This document shows, one piece after another, positions 12,369 through 26,356 of a stretch of DNA of 64,000 nt. The notes under the pieces were generated by a model. That model saw only the letters and a program-made list of their open reading frames with translations. It was not told the DNA's origin and made no database searches. The stretch comes from Escherichia coli (lineage in GTDB: Bacteria; Pseudomonadota; Gammaproteobacteria; Enterobacterales; Enterobacteriaceae), in NCBI RefSeq assembly GCF_022846255.1, contig NZ_AP025682.1; one strand, 5' to 3'. Positions within the stretch are counted from its first letter, which is position 1, and the number at the start of each line of letters is the position of its first letter. The position numbers and the translations under genes were made by a program.

Positions 12369-13382
12369 TTAAGGCTGCGTTTTCCCCGGCATTCGCGGGT
12401 CGTCTTTATATTCGGCGGTGGCAATCCACGCCGCGCAAAACAGCGTCAAACGGGCGAAGAAGTAGAAAAATGCCATCAGCCCCAGCACGGAACCAAATGC
12501 TGCGCCAGAGGGTGATTTCATCAACGATGGCAGGGTGTAGGTCATCACGATTTTAATCACTTCAAAACCAATAGCAGCCAGAAATGTTCCGCGGATCAGG
12601 GCTTTTTTGCGCGGACGGTGGCGCGGCAACCGCCAGAAGATCCAGAAGAAAAGCAGATAGTTGGCGAAGATGGAAATCGCCAGGCCAATCAACCGCCATG
12701 TCGGTTTCAGCCACTCAATGCTGTTCAGGTGCAGGGCGCTAATAATCATTTGCTGCGCAGAACCGGCAACCGAGGTGATAGAAAGCGTCACAATCAGCGC
12801 AATCAACAAACCAATCAGCGAAATAAAATCACGCAGATATTTTACCCAGAACTTCTCCTGATCTTGCGGCGAGCGTTCCCAGACATCGCGCGACTGGGCA
12901 CGAATCGCTTCACGCAGGTTACCCATCCAGTTGATGCCGGAATAAAGTGCCACCGCCAGGCCGACAAGCCCTACAGTCGTACGCTGCTGAACGGCGGTGT
13001 TGATGGTGTTTTTCAACGTGGCGGCTAGCGTCGGATCGCTGATGTTTTGCAGAATTTTGTCGAAGATATCCTGTAGCAACATCGGATGGGAGGCCAGCAC
13101 AAAGCCCCCTGCGGCAAACGACACCATCAAAATCGGGATCATCGACAAAAATGAGAAATAGGTGATAGCCGCACCAAACTGGTTACCCAGCCGATCGTTA
13201 AAGCGTTCTGTCGCGCGAATCAGGTGCGCAATAACCGGTTGGCGTTGGACTTTCTCGGCAGTGGTGGTGACGGTTTCCAGCGCCTGGCTAACTTTGCCGC
13301 CTTTCTCGCTATTATCCAACTGCTTAATCGGCTCGTGCTCCAGATCCTGGGTGGGACGTTTGATCTCGTTTTCCTGCGTCAT
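12369..13382 (-). CDS. yhjD: YihY/BrkB-family inner-membrane protein YhjD
   Basis: 337-aa ORF, ATG start (MTQENEIKRPTQ), multiple hydrophobic segments. Confidence 0.9.
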   Translation of the reverse strand: MTQENEIKRPTQDLEHEPIKQLDNSEKGGKVSQALETVTTTAEKVQRQPVIAHLIRATERFNDRLGNQFGAAITYFSFLSMIPILMVSFAAGGFVLASHPMLLQDIFDKILQNISDPTLAATLKNTINTAVQQRTTVGLVGLAVALYSGINWMGNLREAIRAQSRDVWERSPQDQEKFWVKYLRDFISLIGLLIALIVTLSITSVAGSAQQMIISALHLNSIEWLKPTWRLIGLAISIFANYLLFFWIFWRLPRHRPRKKALIRGTFLAAIGFEVIKIVMTYTLPSLMKSPSGAAFGSVLGLMAFFYFFARLTLFCAAWIATAEYKDDPRMPGKTQP

Positions 13383-13430
13383 CCGCTCTTTTGTCCTTCT
13401 GTCGTGGTCATTCTTAAAAAGTATAGTCGG

Positions 13431-14330
13431 TCAGTCCAGGTACTCTTTCATTACGCCAGCCAGCCACTGCATAAACAGGTTTACACGCCGGGAAAGCTCC
13501 CGACGCTGCGGATAAACCAGTGAAAGGGAGAGCGGCTCGGCACGGTAGCCAGGCAACACTTCAATAAGCCGCCCGGCACGCAGGGCTTCGCGCACGGCAA
13601 TGCGCGGGATCTGAATAATCCCCAGACCGGCAAGACCGGCGGCGAGATAGTTTTCGCTACTGTTTACCGTCAACATGCCGCCAGACTTAAACCACTGGAC
13701 GCCATTAACGCTGGCAACCTCAAAACCTAACGGATGTACACCCAGGTGCGGTGTATAACGCACTATTGCGTGTGAAGTCAGATCATCGGGGCTTTGCGGA
13801 TAACCAAAGCGCGTCAGATAGTGTGGACTGGCACAGTTGACCATGGTCAGTTTGCCGAGAGAACGGGCGATAACGCCATCTTCCGGTAATGCGCCAGTGC
13901 GTATCACGCAATCAAAACCATCATGAAGAATATCTACCGGACGGTCATGGCTACTCAGTTCCAGCTCAATTCCCGGATGCAGATAGAGAAATTCCGACAA
14001 GCGCGGCAGTAACAGGCTTTTCGCGATTCCTGGCGGGATGTCGATGCGTAATTTACCGCTGATACTGGTGGCATCCTGTTGAAACAGACCGTCCAGTTCG
14101 CTGAGATTACTCAACACATCTTTTGCCCGTTGATAATAGGTCATGCCTTCTGGCGTGAGTTTGACCCGTCGCGTAGTGCGCTGGAGAAGCTGGGTGCCAA
14201 GTTGATGTTCCAGTGCCTGTATCTGGCGCGAAACACTTCCCTTTGGCAAAGCAAAGAAATCCGCCGCGCGGGAAAAACTTTCCAGCTCCGCGACTTTGAT
14301 GAACAACTGCATTGCGTGAATTTTATCCAT
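13431..14330 (-). CDS. yhjC: LysR-family transcriptional regulator YhjC
   Basis: LysR-type N-terminal HTH (MQLFIKVAELESFSRAA); start set at internal ATG (299 aa); the longest ORF would start at 14402. Confidence 0.85.
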   Translation of the reverse strand: MDKIHAMQLFIKVAELESFSRAADFFALPKGSVSRQIQALEHQLGTQLLQRTTRRVKLTPEGMTYYQRAKDVLSNLSELDGLFQQDATSISGKLRIDIPPGIAKSLLLPRLSEFLYLHPGIELELSSHDRPVDILHDGFDCVIRTGALPEDGVIARSLGKLTMVNCASPHYLTRFGYPQSPDDLTSHAIVRYTPHLGVHPLGFEVASVNGVQWFKSGGMLTVNSSENYLAAGLAGLGIIQIPRIAVREALRAGRLIEVLPGYRAEPLSLSLVYPQRRELSRRVNLFMQWLAGVMKEYLD

Positions 14331-14849
14331 TTCTTTGACCGATTGTTGTTCACAGCGAAACAGTAACGCGCATATCGCATTGTTTATTGTTTTTTCTAAC
14401 ATCTAAAGCCGGGTTTCACAATGTTGTCATGACGAATGTGGCGATTTCTCAGTAGGAAAAGGGAGGAATAGCTTTCTTAGAAAGGTGAATCCCCTTAAAC
14501 AGAGCGTATTTTTCAGCGATTCCCTTTAAAGTGAATAGAGGACGTATTGGCTATTTGTGCTTATTTTTGTCTCATTGCCATTTGTTATTTTGGCTTGTGG
14601 TCGCGGAATTTCATTTTTAATTGCATGCGTACTAACCACTAATATAAGGAAATCCTCAAAATTGTTTTAAATAGTGCCCTCGACATGTAATTTCAGGCGT
14701 TTAGCTGTAACTATTTATATCGGTAACTATTTTCTACGCGTCATCTCTGTAGAATGGCCACCGCCAAATGGCGAATTCTTATTTTTTCTCGCGGGTAATA
14801 CCCTTCCACTACTTAAGTCTTTTTAACGTATTCAGGTGGAGATTCAGTT

Positions 14850-15452
14850 ATGCAAATAGTCATGTTTGACAGGCAGTCAATATTTATTCATGGAATGAAA
14901 ATCAGTTTACAGCAACGTATTCCAGGAGTGAGTATTCAGGGGGCCAGTCAGGCAGACGAGTTATGGCAAAAGCTGGAAAGTTACCCTGAAGCCTTAGTGA
15001 TGCTCGATGGCGATCAGGATGGTGAGTTTTGTTACTGGTTGCTGCAAAAAACCGTGGTGCAATTTCCTGAGGTTAAGGTGTTAATTACGGCGACGGATTG
15101 CAATAAACGGTGGTTACAGGAAGTTATCCATTTTAATGTGCTGGCCATTGTGCCTCGTGATTCAACCGTCGAGACATTTGCGTTGGCGGTAAATAGTGCG
15201 GCGATGGGGATGATGTTTCTGCCTGGAGACTGGCGGACGACGCCGGAAAAGGACATTAAAGATCTCAAATCGTTAAGCGCCCGCCAGCGGGAGATTTTAA
15301 CCATGTTAGCGGCGGGCGAATCAAATAAGGAGATCGGCAGGGCGCTGAATATCAGTACCGGAACGGTAAAAGCGCATCTGGAATCACTGTATCGCCGTCT
15401 GGAAGTCAAAAATCGCACCCAGGCGGCAATGATGTTAAATATCTCCTCCTGA
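14850..15452 (+). CDS. yhjB: LuxR/FixJ-family response-regulator-like protein YhjB
   Basis: 200-aa ORF with a C-terminal LuxR-type HTH (LSARQREILTMLAAGESNKEIGRALNISTGTVKAH). Confidence 0.85.
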   Translation: MQIVMFDRQSIFIHGMKISLQQRIPGVSIQGASQADELWQKLESYPEALVMLDGDQDGEFCYWLLQKTVVQFPEVKVLITATDCNKRWLQEVIHFNVLAIVPRDSTVETFALAVNSAAMGMMFLPGDWRTTPEKDIKDLKSLSARQREILTMLAAGESNKEIGRALNISTGTVKAHLESLYRRLEVKNRTQAAMMLNISS

Positions 15453-15502
15453 AGAGGATAATTTTACAGCCAGCAGGAAGTTAGCGGCTGGCTGTAAAAA
15501 TA

Positions 15503-17182
<1,680 letters not shown>

Positions 17183-17556
17183 TTATCGGGCTTTTCTTTA
17201 AGGGTAGTCATTCGCTCCGCCTGGTGGGCGACAAAGCGTGCGGTGGATCACGTTTATTAACCTGCCAAAAAATATAACGCACTAATATCAATGGAATTTA
17301 TAAAAATACGGATTTCGTGTTGTTTTTCATTTTCAGAACATTCAATCCTGCTCTCGCCGCAATCATGATATGCCATTCCTGATCTGGGTAATAGGCACTG
17401 GCTATCTTATTGATAGTTTATATTCATGTAATTGATTGATTCCTATCAAAAAGCATATCTCCCTGTTTTTTATGATGGCTTTGTCTCGCAGAGACGTTTG
17501 CAGCATTCTGGAAAATTTTCTGGGTCACAATAACTCACCACCGTGAGGGAAGAATA

Positions 17557-18954
17557 ATGAAAATGGTCTCACGTATTACCGCGATCGGCCTGGCTGGCGT
17601 CGCGATTTGCTATTTAGGGTTATCTGGTTATGTGTGGTACCACGATAATAAACGCAGTAAACAGGCCGATGTTCAGGCATCTGCTGTCAGTGAAAATAAT
17701 AAGGTTTTAGGCTTTCTCCGTGAAAAAGGATGCGACTATTGCCATACACCTTCGGCAGAATTACCCGCCTATTATTATATTCCCGGCGCGAAACAGTTGA
17801 TGGATTACGACATAAAGCTTGGATATAAATCTTTTAACCTCGAGGCCGTGCGTGCGGCTCTGCTGGCTAATAAACCCGTTTCGCAAAGCGATCTGAATAA
17901 GATTGAATGGGTGATGCAGTATGAAACTATGCCGCCAACGCGTTATACCGCGCTACACTGGGCGGGTAAGGTGAGTGATGAAGAGCGGGCGGAAATACTG
18001 GCCTGGATTGCAAAACAGCGCGCGGAATATTACGCCAGCAATGATACTGCTCCGGAGCATCGCAATGAACCGGTGCAGCCCATCCCGCAAAAACTGCCTA
18101 CCGATGCGCAAAAAGTGGCGTTGGGTTTTGCGCTGTATCACGATCCCCGTTTATCGGCTGATAGCACCATTTCATGCGCTCATTGCCATGCGTTGAATGC
18201 GGGGGGCGTCGATGGCAGAAAAACATCGATTGGTGTTGGTGGCGCAGTTGGGCCGATTAACGCGCCGACGGTATTTAACTCAGTATTTAACGTTGAGCAG
18301 TTCTGGGATGGTCGTGCGGCAACATTGCAGGATCAGGCTGGTGGACCGCCGTTGAACCCGATTGAAATGGCGTCGAAATCCTGGGACGAAATTATTGCTA
18401 AGCTGGAAAAAGATCCGCAGCTTAAAGCGCAGTTCCTCGAAGTCTATCCGCAAGGTTTCAGTGGCGAAAATATTACTGATGCCATTGCTGAATTTGAGAA
18501 AACATTAATTACGCCGGATTCCCCATTTGATAAATGGTTGCGTGGAGATGAGAATGCTCTGACGGCGCAACAGAAAAAAGGCTATCAATTATTTAAAGAT
18601 AATAAATGTGCAACTTGTCATGGTGGTATTATTCTCGGTGGACGTTCCTTTGAACCGTTGGGGCTGAAAAAAGACTTTAACTTTGGTGAAATTACGGCGG
18701 CGGATATTGGTCGTATGAATGTTACTAAAGAAGAGCGTGATAAATTGCGTCAGAAAGTACCCGGTTTACGTAACGTTGCTTTAACGGCACCGTACTTCCA
18801 TCGCGGTGACGTGCCGACGCTGGACGGGGCGGTGAAACTGATGCTGCGCTATCAGGTAGGCAAAGAGCTGCCGCAGGAAGATGTGGATGATATCGTAGCT
18901 TTCCTGCACAGTCTGAACGGGGTTTACACGCCGTATATGCAGGATAAACAATAA
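17557..18954 (+). CDS. ccp: Di-haem cytochrome c peroxidase Ccp (YhjA)
   Basis: 465-aa ORF with several CxxCH haem-binding motifs (CDYCH, CAHCH, CATCH). Confidence 0.9.
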   Translation: MKMVSRITAIGLAGVAICYLGLSGYVWYHDNKRSKQADVQASAVSENNKVLGFLREKGCDYCHTPSAELPAYYYIPGAKQLMDYDIKLGYKSFNLEAVRAALLANKPVSQSDLNKIEWVMQYETMPPTRYTALHWAGKVSDEERAEILAWIAKQRAEYYASNDTAPEHRNEPVQPIPQKLPTDAQKVALGFALYHDPRLSADSTISCAHCHALNAGGVDGRKTSIGVGGAVGPINAPTVFNSVFNVEQFWDGRAATLQDQAGGPPLNPIEMASKSWDEIIAKLEKDPQLKAQFLEVYPQGFSGENITDAIAEFEKTLITPDSPFDKWLRGDENALTAQQKKGYQLFKDNKCATCHGGIILGGRSFEPLGLKKDFNFGEITAADIGRMNVTKEERDKLRQKVPGLRNVALTAPYFHRGDVPTLDGAVKLMLRYQVGKELPQEDVDDIVAFLHSLNGVYTPYMQDKQ

Positions 18955-19065
18955 TTAATTTGATCGCCCGAACAGGAGTGTTTGGGCGATTTTTATTACG
19001 ATAATAAAGTCTGTTTTTAATATTATCATATTAAATGTTTATATTATAAAAAGTCGTTTTTCTGC

Positions 19066-19085
19066 TTAGGATTTTGTTATTTAAA
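19066..19085 (+). promoter_or_regulatory. GAD box (GadE/GadX/GadW binding site) upstream of gadA
   Basis: Exact 20-mer TTAGGATTTTGTTATTTAAA about 80 bp upstream of the gadA ATG. Confidence 0.6.
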
Positions 19086-19164
19086 TTAAGCCTGTAATAC
19101 CTTGCTTCCATTGCGGATAAATCCTACTTTTTTATTGCCTTCAAATAAATTTAAGGAGTTCGAA

Positions 19165-20565
19165 ATGGACCAGAAGCTGTTAACGGATTTCCGCTCAGAA
19201 CTACTCGATTCACGTTTTGGCGCAAAGGCCATTTCTACTATCGCGGAGTCAAAACGATTTCCGCTGCACGAAATGCGCGATGATGTCGCATTCCAGATTA
19301 TCAATGATGAATTATATCTTGATGGCAACGCTCGTCAGAACCTGGCCACTTTCTGCCAGACCTGGGACGACGAAAACGTCCATAAATTGATGGATTTGTC
19401 GATCAATAAAAACTGGATCGACAAAGAAGAATATCCGCAATCCGCTGCAATCGACCTGCGTTGCGTAAACATGGTTGCCGATCTGTGGCATGCGCCTGCA
19501 CCGAAAAATGGTCAGGCCGTTGGCACCAACACCATTGGTTCTTCCGAGGCCTGTATGCTCGGCGGGATGGCGATGAAATGGCGTTGGCGCAAGCGTATGG
19601 AAGCCGCAGGTAAGCCGACCAACAAACCAAACCTGGTGTGCGGTCCGGTACAAATCTGCTGGCATAAATTCGCCCGCTACTGGGATGTGGAGTTGCGTGA
19701 GATCCCTATGCGCCCCGGTCAGTTGTTTATGGACCCGAAACGCATGATTGAAGCCTGCGACGAAAATACCATCGGCGTGGTGCCGACTTTCGGCGTGACC
19801 TATACCGGTAACTATGAGTTCCCGCAGCCGCTGCACGATGCGCTGGATAAATTCCAGGCCGACACCGGTATCGACATCGACATGCACATCGACGCCGCCA
19901 GCGGTGGCTTCCTGGCACCGTTCGTCGCCCCGGATATCGTCTGGGACTTCCGCCTGCCGCGTGTGAAATCGATCAGTGCTTCAGGCCATAAATTCGGTCT
20001 GGCTCCGCTGGGCTGCGGCTGGGTTATCTGGCGTGATGAAGAAGCGCTGCCGCAGGAACTGGTGTTCAACGTTGACTACCTCGGTGGTCAGATTGGGACT
20101 TTCGCCATCAACTTCTCCCGCCCGGCGGGTCAGGTGATTGCACAGTACTATGAATTCCTGCGCCTCGGTCGTGAAGGCTATACCAAAGTACAGAACGCTT
20201 CCTACCAGGTTGCTGCTTATCTGGCGGATGAAATCGCCAAACTGGGGCCGTATGAGTTCATCTGTACCGGTCGCCCGGACGAAGGCATCCCGGCGGTTTG
20301 CTTCAAACTGAAAGATGGTGAAGATCCGGGATACACCCTGTACGACCTCTCTGAACGTCTGCGTCTGCGCGGCTGGCAGGTTCCGGCTTTCACTCTCGGC
20401 GGTGAAGCCACTGACATCGTGGTGATGCGCATTATGTGTCGTCGCGGCTTCGAAATGGACTTTGCTGAACTGTTGCTGGAAGACTACAAAGCCTCCCTGA
20501 AATATCTCAGCGACCACCCGAAACTGCAGGGTATTGCCCAGCAGAACAGCTTTAAACACACCTGA
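19165..20565 (+). CDS. gadA: Glutamate decarboxylase alpha
   Basis: 466-aa PLP-dependent decarboxylase starting [21 protein letters not shown]; called gadA rather than gadB because gadX and gadW lie downstream; the track start at 19102 is TTG and was trimmed. Confidence 0.9.
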   Translation: MDQKLLTDFRSELLDSRFGAKAISTIAESKRFPLHEMRDDVAFQIINDELYLDGNARQNLATFCQTWDDENVHKLMDLSINKNWIDKEEYPQSAAIDLRCVNMVADLWHAPAPKNGQAVGTNTIGSSEACMLGGMAMKWRWRKRMEAAGKPTNKPNLVCGPVQICWHKFARYWDVELREIPMRPGQLFMDPKRMIEACDENTIGVVPTFGVTYTGNYEFPQPLHDALDKFQADTGIDIDMHIDAASGGFLAPFVAPDIVWDFRLPRVKSISASGHKFGLAPLGCGWVIWRDEEALPQELVFNVDYLGGQIGTFAINFSRPAGQVIAQYYEFLRLGREGYTKVQNASYQVAAYLADEIAKLGPYEFICTGRPDEGIPAVCFKLKDGEDPGYTLYDLSERLRLRGWQVPAFTLGGEATDIVVMRIMCRRGFEMDFAELLLEDYKASLKYLSDHPKLQGIAQQNSFKHT

Positions 20566-20934
20566 TAACATCACGTTGTAAAAACCGAATGCCCAACCTT
20601 TAAAAAACAGGTGGGGTATTCGGCTACTTATTAATTGCAATAATATATTACCTGTCTATTCATCGTGTTGATAAGATATATGTTATATGAATGTTATGGA
20701 GCATAGCGATACTGCTTAATATTACGATGATGAATTATTTGCTTACTATTAATTCCTCTGCGTTCTTAAGTCCCCTTTTTATATAATAAATCCAGTCATC
20801 CAGCCCGAGTATCATCGCTCATTATCATCCTGTTCTCCCGCTTCGTTTAAATTTATTTATCAATCAATTTGACTTAAGAGGGCGGCGTGCTACATTAATA
20901 AACAGTAATATGTTTATGTAATATTAAGTCAACT

Positions 20935-21759
20935 ATGCAACCACTACATGGTAATTGTCTAATTGCGTACGCAAGACATAAATATATTCTCACCATGGTT
21001 AATGGTGAATATCGCTATTTTAATGGCGGTGATCTGGTTTTTGCGGATGCAAGCCAAATTCAAGTGGATAAGTGTGTTGAGAATTTCGTATTAGTTTCAA
21101 GAGACACGCTTTCATTATTTCTCCCGATGCTCAAGGAGGAGGCATTAAAACTTCATGCACATAAAAAAGTTCCTTCATTACTCGTTCATCACTGTACCAG
21201 AGATATTCCTGTTTTTCAGGAAGTTGCGCAACTGTCGCAGAATAAGAATCTTCGCTATGCAGAAATGCTACGTAAAAGGGCATTAATCTTTGCGTTGTTA
21301 TCTGTTTTTCTTGAGGATACGCAGTTTATACCGTTACTTCTGGACGTGTTGCAACCGAATATGCGAACACGAGTTTGTACGGTCATCAATAATAATATCG
21401 CCCATGAGTGGACATTAGCCCGAATCGCTAGCGAATTGTTGATGAGTCCAAGCCTGTTAAAGAAAAAATTGCGCGAAGAAGGTACGTCATATTCACAGTT
21501 GCTTACTGAGTGTAGGATGCAGCGTGCTTTACAACTTATTGTTATATATGGGGTTTCAATTAAGCGAGTTGCAGTATCCTGTGGATATCACAGCGTGTCG
21601 TATTTCATTTACGTTTTTCGAAATTATTATGGGATGACGCCCACAGAGTATCAGGAGCGATCGGCGCAGGAATTACCGAACTGTGGCCCGGCGGCAAGTA
21701 TGGCTGCGCAAGGGAATTTTTACGGCACTGACCGTTCTGCGGAAGGAATAAGATTATAG
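20935..21759 (+). CDS. gadX: AraC-family acid-resistance regulator GadX
   Basis: 274-aa ORF with a C-terminal AraC-type HTH; synteny gadA-gadX-gadW. Confidence 0.9.
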   Translation: MQPLHGNCLIAYARHKYILTMVNGEYRYFNGGDLVFADASQIQVDKCVENFVLVSRDTLSLFLPMLKEEALKLHAHKKVPSLLVHHCTRDIPVFQEVAQLSQNKNLRYAEMLRKRALIFALLSVFLEDTQFIPLLLDVLQPNMRTRVCTVINNNIAHEWTLARIASELLMSPSLLKKKLREEGTSYSQLLTECRMQRALQLIVIYGVSIKRVAVSCGYHSVSYFIYVFRNYYGMTPTEYQERSAQELPNCGPAASMAAQGNFYGTDRSAEGIRL

Positions 21760-21775
21760 AGTTTTACTCAGACAT

Positions 21776-21881
21776 AAAAAAAACCCGGCATAGGGGACCG
21801 GGAAGAGGATAGTCTGCCGTCTCCAGACTAATAAACCGTTATAACACTCCCTGTTGGCACGGAAAACTTTGTGCTCTCAGT
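21776..21881 (-). ncRNA. gadY: GadY small RNA, convergent with the gadX 3' end
   Basis: Minus-strand sequence ACTGAGAGCACAAAGTTTTCCGTGCCAACAGGGAGTG...CCCGGTCCCCTATGCCGGG followed by U8 matches remembered GadY including its terminator hairpin. Confidence 0.8.
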
Positions 21882-22127
21882 AAGTTAAATATAACTTTTA
21901 CTGGAAATAAGATCAGCCATTTTTTTATAAACATAAGCTATACGCTGTGCGAAAATATATTCGTGTTGCATTTACTTATTATCAATTAACTGTTATGCAA
22001 AACTACTTTGTGGATAAATTTTGGTCCTACCAAATCTGGCAGTTTTTGCGCTAAGAAACAGTCAGGCATCATTTCATTAGTATACTGAAATTGAAATAAT
22101 CGCAGCAATGAAATATAAGGGATAGTC

Positions 22128-22856
22128 ATGACTCATGTCTGCTCGGTGATCCTCGTTCGTCGTTCATTCGATATTCATCATGAACAGCAAAAAATATCGT
22201 TGCATAACGAGAGTATCCTGTTACTGGATAAAAATTTGGCAGACGATTTTGCGTTTTGTTCACCGGATACACGACGACTGGATATCGATGAGCTGACAGT
22301 TTGCCATTACTTACAAAATATTCGTCAGATACCACGCAATTTAGGGTTACATAGCAAAGACCGTCTGTTAATTAACCAGTCACCCCCCATGCCGCTGGTG
22401 ACGGCGATTTTTGATAGTTTCAATGACTCCGGGGTAAATTCGCCGATATTGAGCAAAATGCTCTATCTTTCCTGTTTATCGATGTTTTCTCATAAGAAAG
22501 AACTGATCCCCTTACTTTTCAATAGTATCAGTACTGTTTCAGGAAAAGTTGAACGCCTTATTAGCTTTGATATCGCCAAACGTTGGTATCTGCGCGATAT
22601 TGCGGAAAGAATGTATACCAGCGAGAGTCTCATCAAAAAAAAGTTGCAGGATGAAAATACCTGTTTCAGTAAAATATTACTCGCCTCCAGGATGTCGATG
22701 GCCAGACGATTACTCGAGTTACGTCAAATTCCTCTGCATACTATTGCGGAAAAATGTGGCTATAGCAGTACGTCGTACTTTATAAACACATTTCGACAAT
22801 ATTATGGTGTAACGCCACATCAGTTTGCGCAACATTCGCCAGGTACCTTTTCCTGA
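22128..22856 (+). CDS. gadW: AraC-family acid-resistance regulator GadW
   Basis: 242-aa ORF (MTHVCSVILVRRSFDIHHEQQK) with a C-terminal AraC HTH. Confidence 0.9.
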   Translation: MTHVCSVILVRRSFDIHHEQQKISLHNESILLLDKNLADDFAFCSPDTRRLDIDELTVCHYLQNIRQIPRNLGLHSKDRLLINQSPPMPLVTAIFDSFNDSGVNSPILSKMLYLSCLSMFSHKKELIPLLFNSISTVSGKVERLISFDIAKRWYLRDIAERMYTSESLIKKKLQDENTCFSKILLASRMSMARRLLELRQIPLHTIAEKCGYSSTSYFINTFRQYYGVTPHQFAQHSPGTFS

Positions 22857-23218
22857 CATATTTTGCATTTGAATATTGGTCAGGATCTCACACCTGCTTC
22901 ATGTGAAACTCTTCCCTGATGATTTCTGCCGGGCTACCGGCTAGTTCTCTTTCGCAGTTTGCCAGGCGGTATAGGTATTTTCAGGAGGAAAAGACTCGGC
23001 ATGTTTGGGATTATTAAGCTGACAATTCATACGATTACGGGAATGTGGGTCAGTATTGTGTTGTTTAAATTGATGACGAATGGCTGGAGTGGTTTCTACT
23101 TTCAGTGCTGTGTACTAAGCCTGGTATTCCTGACGGTTAGCTGGTTGTTGAGTGGTGAATGGTTAGCAGGAAAGAGTAAGGCTGAACCCTCACGTTCAAC
23201 CTTACTCTCATTTACACG

Positions 23219-26200
23219 TTACGCTTTTTTAAAGCGGGCAAAGAGATGTTCCACTACAACGAAAAAGACCGGAACGAAGTAAATTGCCAGCACTGTTGCG
23301 GCAAACATCCCGCCCATCACGCCGGTACCTACCGCGTTTTGCGCGCCAGAACCGGCACCATGACTGATAACCAGCGGCAGCACGCCGAGAATAAAGGCCA
23401 GAGAGGTCATCAGGATTGGGCGTAAACGCATCCGCGCCGCTTCGATGATTGCCTCTATCGGCGTTTTCCCTTCTTTCTGCATCATCTCAACGGCAAATTC
23501 GACAATCAGGATGGCGTTTTTGGCGGAAAGCCCGATGGTGGTCAGCAAACCAACCTGGAAGTAGACGTCATTACTTAAGCCGCGTAGATCGGTGGCCATT
23601 AATGCGCCAACGACGCCTAACGGTACAACCAACATCACCGAGAACGGAATTGACCAGCTCTCATAAAGTGCGGCGAGGGCGAGGAACACCACGACCAGTG
23701 AAATGGCATACAGCGCGGGAGCCTGATTTGAGGATAACGCTTCCTGATACGACAGTCCGGTCCATGAGTAGCCGACGCCTGCCGGAAGTTTAGCGACCAG
23801 GTCTGCCATAAATTTCATGGCGTCACCGGTACTTTTCCCGGCCGCCGCTTCACCTAAAATCTCCATTGACGGGATGCCGTTGTAGCGTTCCAGTCGCGGT
23901 GAACCATAGGTCCATTCGGTAGACGAATAGGCAGAAAGCGGTGCCATCGTGCCAGAGGCGTTGCGTACATACCATTGGTTGATGTTATCCGGCAACATAC
24001 GGAACGGCGTGCCTGCCTGGACATACACTTTTTTCACCCGCCCCTGGTTGAGGAAGTCGTTCACGTAGCTGCTGCCGAAGGCGGTGGAAATTGTCTGGTT
24101 GATATCAGACAGCGCCACCCCCATAGCCTCGGCTTTCGCAGCGTTGACGTTCACTTTGAACATCGGCGTATCTTCCAGGCCGTTCGGGCGTACCCCGATG
24201 ACCTGATTCGGTGATTGCGCTGCCAGTGATAACAGCTCGTTTCGCGCCTGGGTCAGTTTTTCGTGCCCCAGATTGCCGTTGTCCAGCAGTTCCATATCAA
24301 AACCTGACGCGGTACCCAGTTCAGCCACCGCGGGTAAGTTGAACGGGAAGACGACGGCTTTATTGATACTGCTTAACGCAATCATTGCCCGCTGAATGAT
24401 CGCGGTAACCGAGTTTTCCTCACCGACACGTTCAGACCACGGCTTGAGACTGATAAACGCCAGGCCGTTGTTTTGCCCCTGGCCGCTGAAGCCAAAGCCG
24501 CCAACGGTAAACACCGACTGAACATTATCTTTCTCTTTAGTCAGATAATAATCCGTCACCTGTTGCAGCACTTTCGTGGTGTTAACCATGGTGGCACCGG
24601 AAGGTAACTGCGCGGTGGTCATAAATACCCCCTGATCCTCTTCTGGTAAGAAAGAGGTCGGCGTACGCAGGAACAGCACCGCCATCCCGGCGCAAATCAG
24701 CAGGTAGACCACCATGTAGCGACCGGTACAACGCAACAGCGAGCGGGTGCTATCGGTATAGTGCTGAGTTGATTTTTCAAACAGCGTGTTGAAGCGTGCG
24801 AACAGGGCGTTAGGTTTGTGACCGCCTTCCGGCGCGGCTTTCAGAATGGTGGCGCACAGGGCAGGGGTCAGGCTCATTGCCACAAATACTGAAAGCAGCA
24901 TGGAGGAGATCAGCGTGATGGAGAACTGGCGGTAGATCTCCCCGGTTGCACCGCTCATAAAGGCCATCGGCATAAACACTGCGGAAAGAACAACGGCAAT
25001 CCCGACCAGCGCACGTTGGATCTGCCCCATCGATTTATGCGTCGCTTCCTTCGGCGGTAGCTTATCTTCCGCAATGACACGCTCGACGTTCTCCACCACC
25101 ACGATGGCGTCATCCACCAGTAACCCTATCGCCAGCACCATCCCGAACATAGTTAACGTGTTGATGGTGAAACCGACCGCCGACAAGATCGCAAACGTCC
25201 CGAGAATAACCACCGGTACGGCAATCGTCGGGATGATTGTGGCGCGGAAATTCTGCAAAAACAGATACATGACCAGGAAGACGAGGATGATAGCCTCAAC
25301 CAGCGTTTTGAAAACTTCCTGAATAGAAATTTTGATAAACGGTGTGGTGTCGTAAGGATAAACCGTCTTCAGGCTTGCAGGGAAATAAGCCGATAAACGG
25401 TTCAGCTCCTCTTTCACCGCTCGCGAGGTATCCAGGGCGTTTGCTCCGGTAGCCAGTTTGATGGCGATCCCGGCAGCAGGTTTGCCGTTATAGCGCGCCA
25501 CGGTGGAATAATCTTCCGCCCCAAGTTCGACGCGGGCGACATCACGCAGCAGCACTTGCGAACCATCTTGCTGAACTTTCAACAGGATTTTGCCAAATTC
25601 TTCCGGCGTTTGCAGACGCGTCTGCACAATGATCGAGGCGTTCAGTTGCTGGTCTGCCGCCTGTGGCATGCCACCCAGTTGACCACCGGAAATCTGGTTG
25701 TTTTGCACCTTAATCTGGGAAATAACATCGGAAGGTACCAGGTTATATTTATTGAGTTTTTGCGGGTCCAGCCAGATACGCATGGCGTACTCGGAACCAA
25801 AGAGCTGTACGCTACCAACGCCCGCGGTACGGCTTAGCGGGTCTTTGATATTAGACGCTACATAGTCCGCGATATCGTACTGGTTGAGGCTGCCGTTATC
25901 AGAAATAAATGCCGCTACCATCAGGATATTACTGCTCGACTTATCGACGCTAATTCCCTGCTGCTGCACCGCTTCAGGTAATGAAGGCATAGCGAGTTGC
26001 AGTTTATTTTGCACCTGAACCTGTGCGATATCAGGCGATGTCCCCGTCTCGAAGGTCAGAGTGATGGAGGCATTACCTGCCGCATCGCTGGTTGAAGACA
26101 TGTACATCAGGCCATCAAGCCCATTCATATTTTGCTCAATCACCTGAGTGACCGAGTCTTCTACCGTTTGCGCATCGGCACCCGGATAGGTAGCGCTGAT

Positions 26201-26332
26201 GGTAATGGTCGGTGGCGCAATCTGCGGATACTGCGCAACCGGTAAGTTCATGATCGCCAGACCGCCTGCAAGCATCATAATAATGGCAAGTACCCAGGCA
26301 AAAACCGGGCGATCAATAAAATAGTTAGCCAT
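23219..26332 (-). CDS. mdtF: RND multidrug efflux pump inner-membrane subunit MdtF
   Basis: 1037-aa AcrB-like ORF ([21 protein letters not shown]). Confidence 0.95.
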   Translation of the reverse strand: MANYFIDRPVFAWVLAIIMMLAGGLAIMNLPVAQYPQIAPPTITISATYPGADAQTVEDSVTQVIEQNMNGLDGLMYMSSTSDAAGNASITLTFETGTSPDIAQVQVQNKLQLAMPSLPEAVQQQGISVDKSSSNILMVAAFISDNGSLNQYDIADYVASNIKDPLSRTAGVGSVQLFGSEYAMRIWLDPQKLNKYNLVPSDVISQIKVQNNQISGGQLGGMPQAADQQLNASIIVQTRLQTPEEFGKILLKVQQDGSQVLLRDVARVELGAEDYSTVARYNGKPAAGIAIKLATGANALDTSRAVKEELNRLSAYFPASLKTVYPYDTTPFIKISIQEVFKTLVEAIILVFLVMYLFLQNFRATIIPTIAVPVVILGTFAILSAVGFTINTLTMFGMVLAIGLLVDDAIVVVENVERVIAEDKLPPKEATHKSMGQIQRALVGIAVVLSAVFMPMAFMSGATGEIYRQFSITLISSMLLSVFVAMSLTPALCATILKAAPEGGHKPNALFARFNTLFEKSTQHYTDSTRSLLRCTGRYMVVYLLICAGMAVLFLRTPTSFLPEEDQGVFMTTAQLPSGATMVNTTKVLQQVTDYYLTKEKDNVQSVFTVGGFGFSGQGQNNGLAFISLKPWSERVGEENSVTAIIQRAMIALSSINKAVVFPFNLPAVAELGTASGFDMELLDNGNLGHEKLTQARNELLSLAAQSPNQVIGVRPNGLEDTPMFKVNVNAAKAEAMGVALSDINQTISTAFGSSYVNDFLNQGRVKKVYVQAGTPFRMLPDNINQWYVRNASGTMAPLSAYSSTEWTYGSPRLERYNGIPSMEILGEAAAGKSTGDAMKFMADLVAKLPAGVGYSWTGLSYQEALSSNQAPALYAISLVVVFLALAALYESWSIPFSVMLVVPLGVVGALMATDLRGLSNDVYFQVGLLTTIGLSAKNAILIVEFAVEMMQKEGKTPIEAIIEAARMRLRPILMTSLAFILGVLPLVISHGAGSGAQNAVGTGVMGGMFAATVLAIYFVPVFFVVVEHLFARFKKA

Positions 26333-26356
26333 GAAAGTCCCCTTAAGCCTGCAACG

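Noticed and set aside
19312..20640. Several minus-strand ORFs (191, 219, 85 codons) inside gadA
   Set aside because: Antisense to a highly conserved decarboxylase gene; arginine/histidine-rich translations typical of out-of-frame reads.
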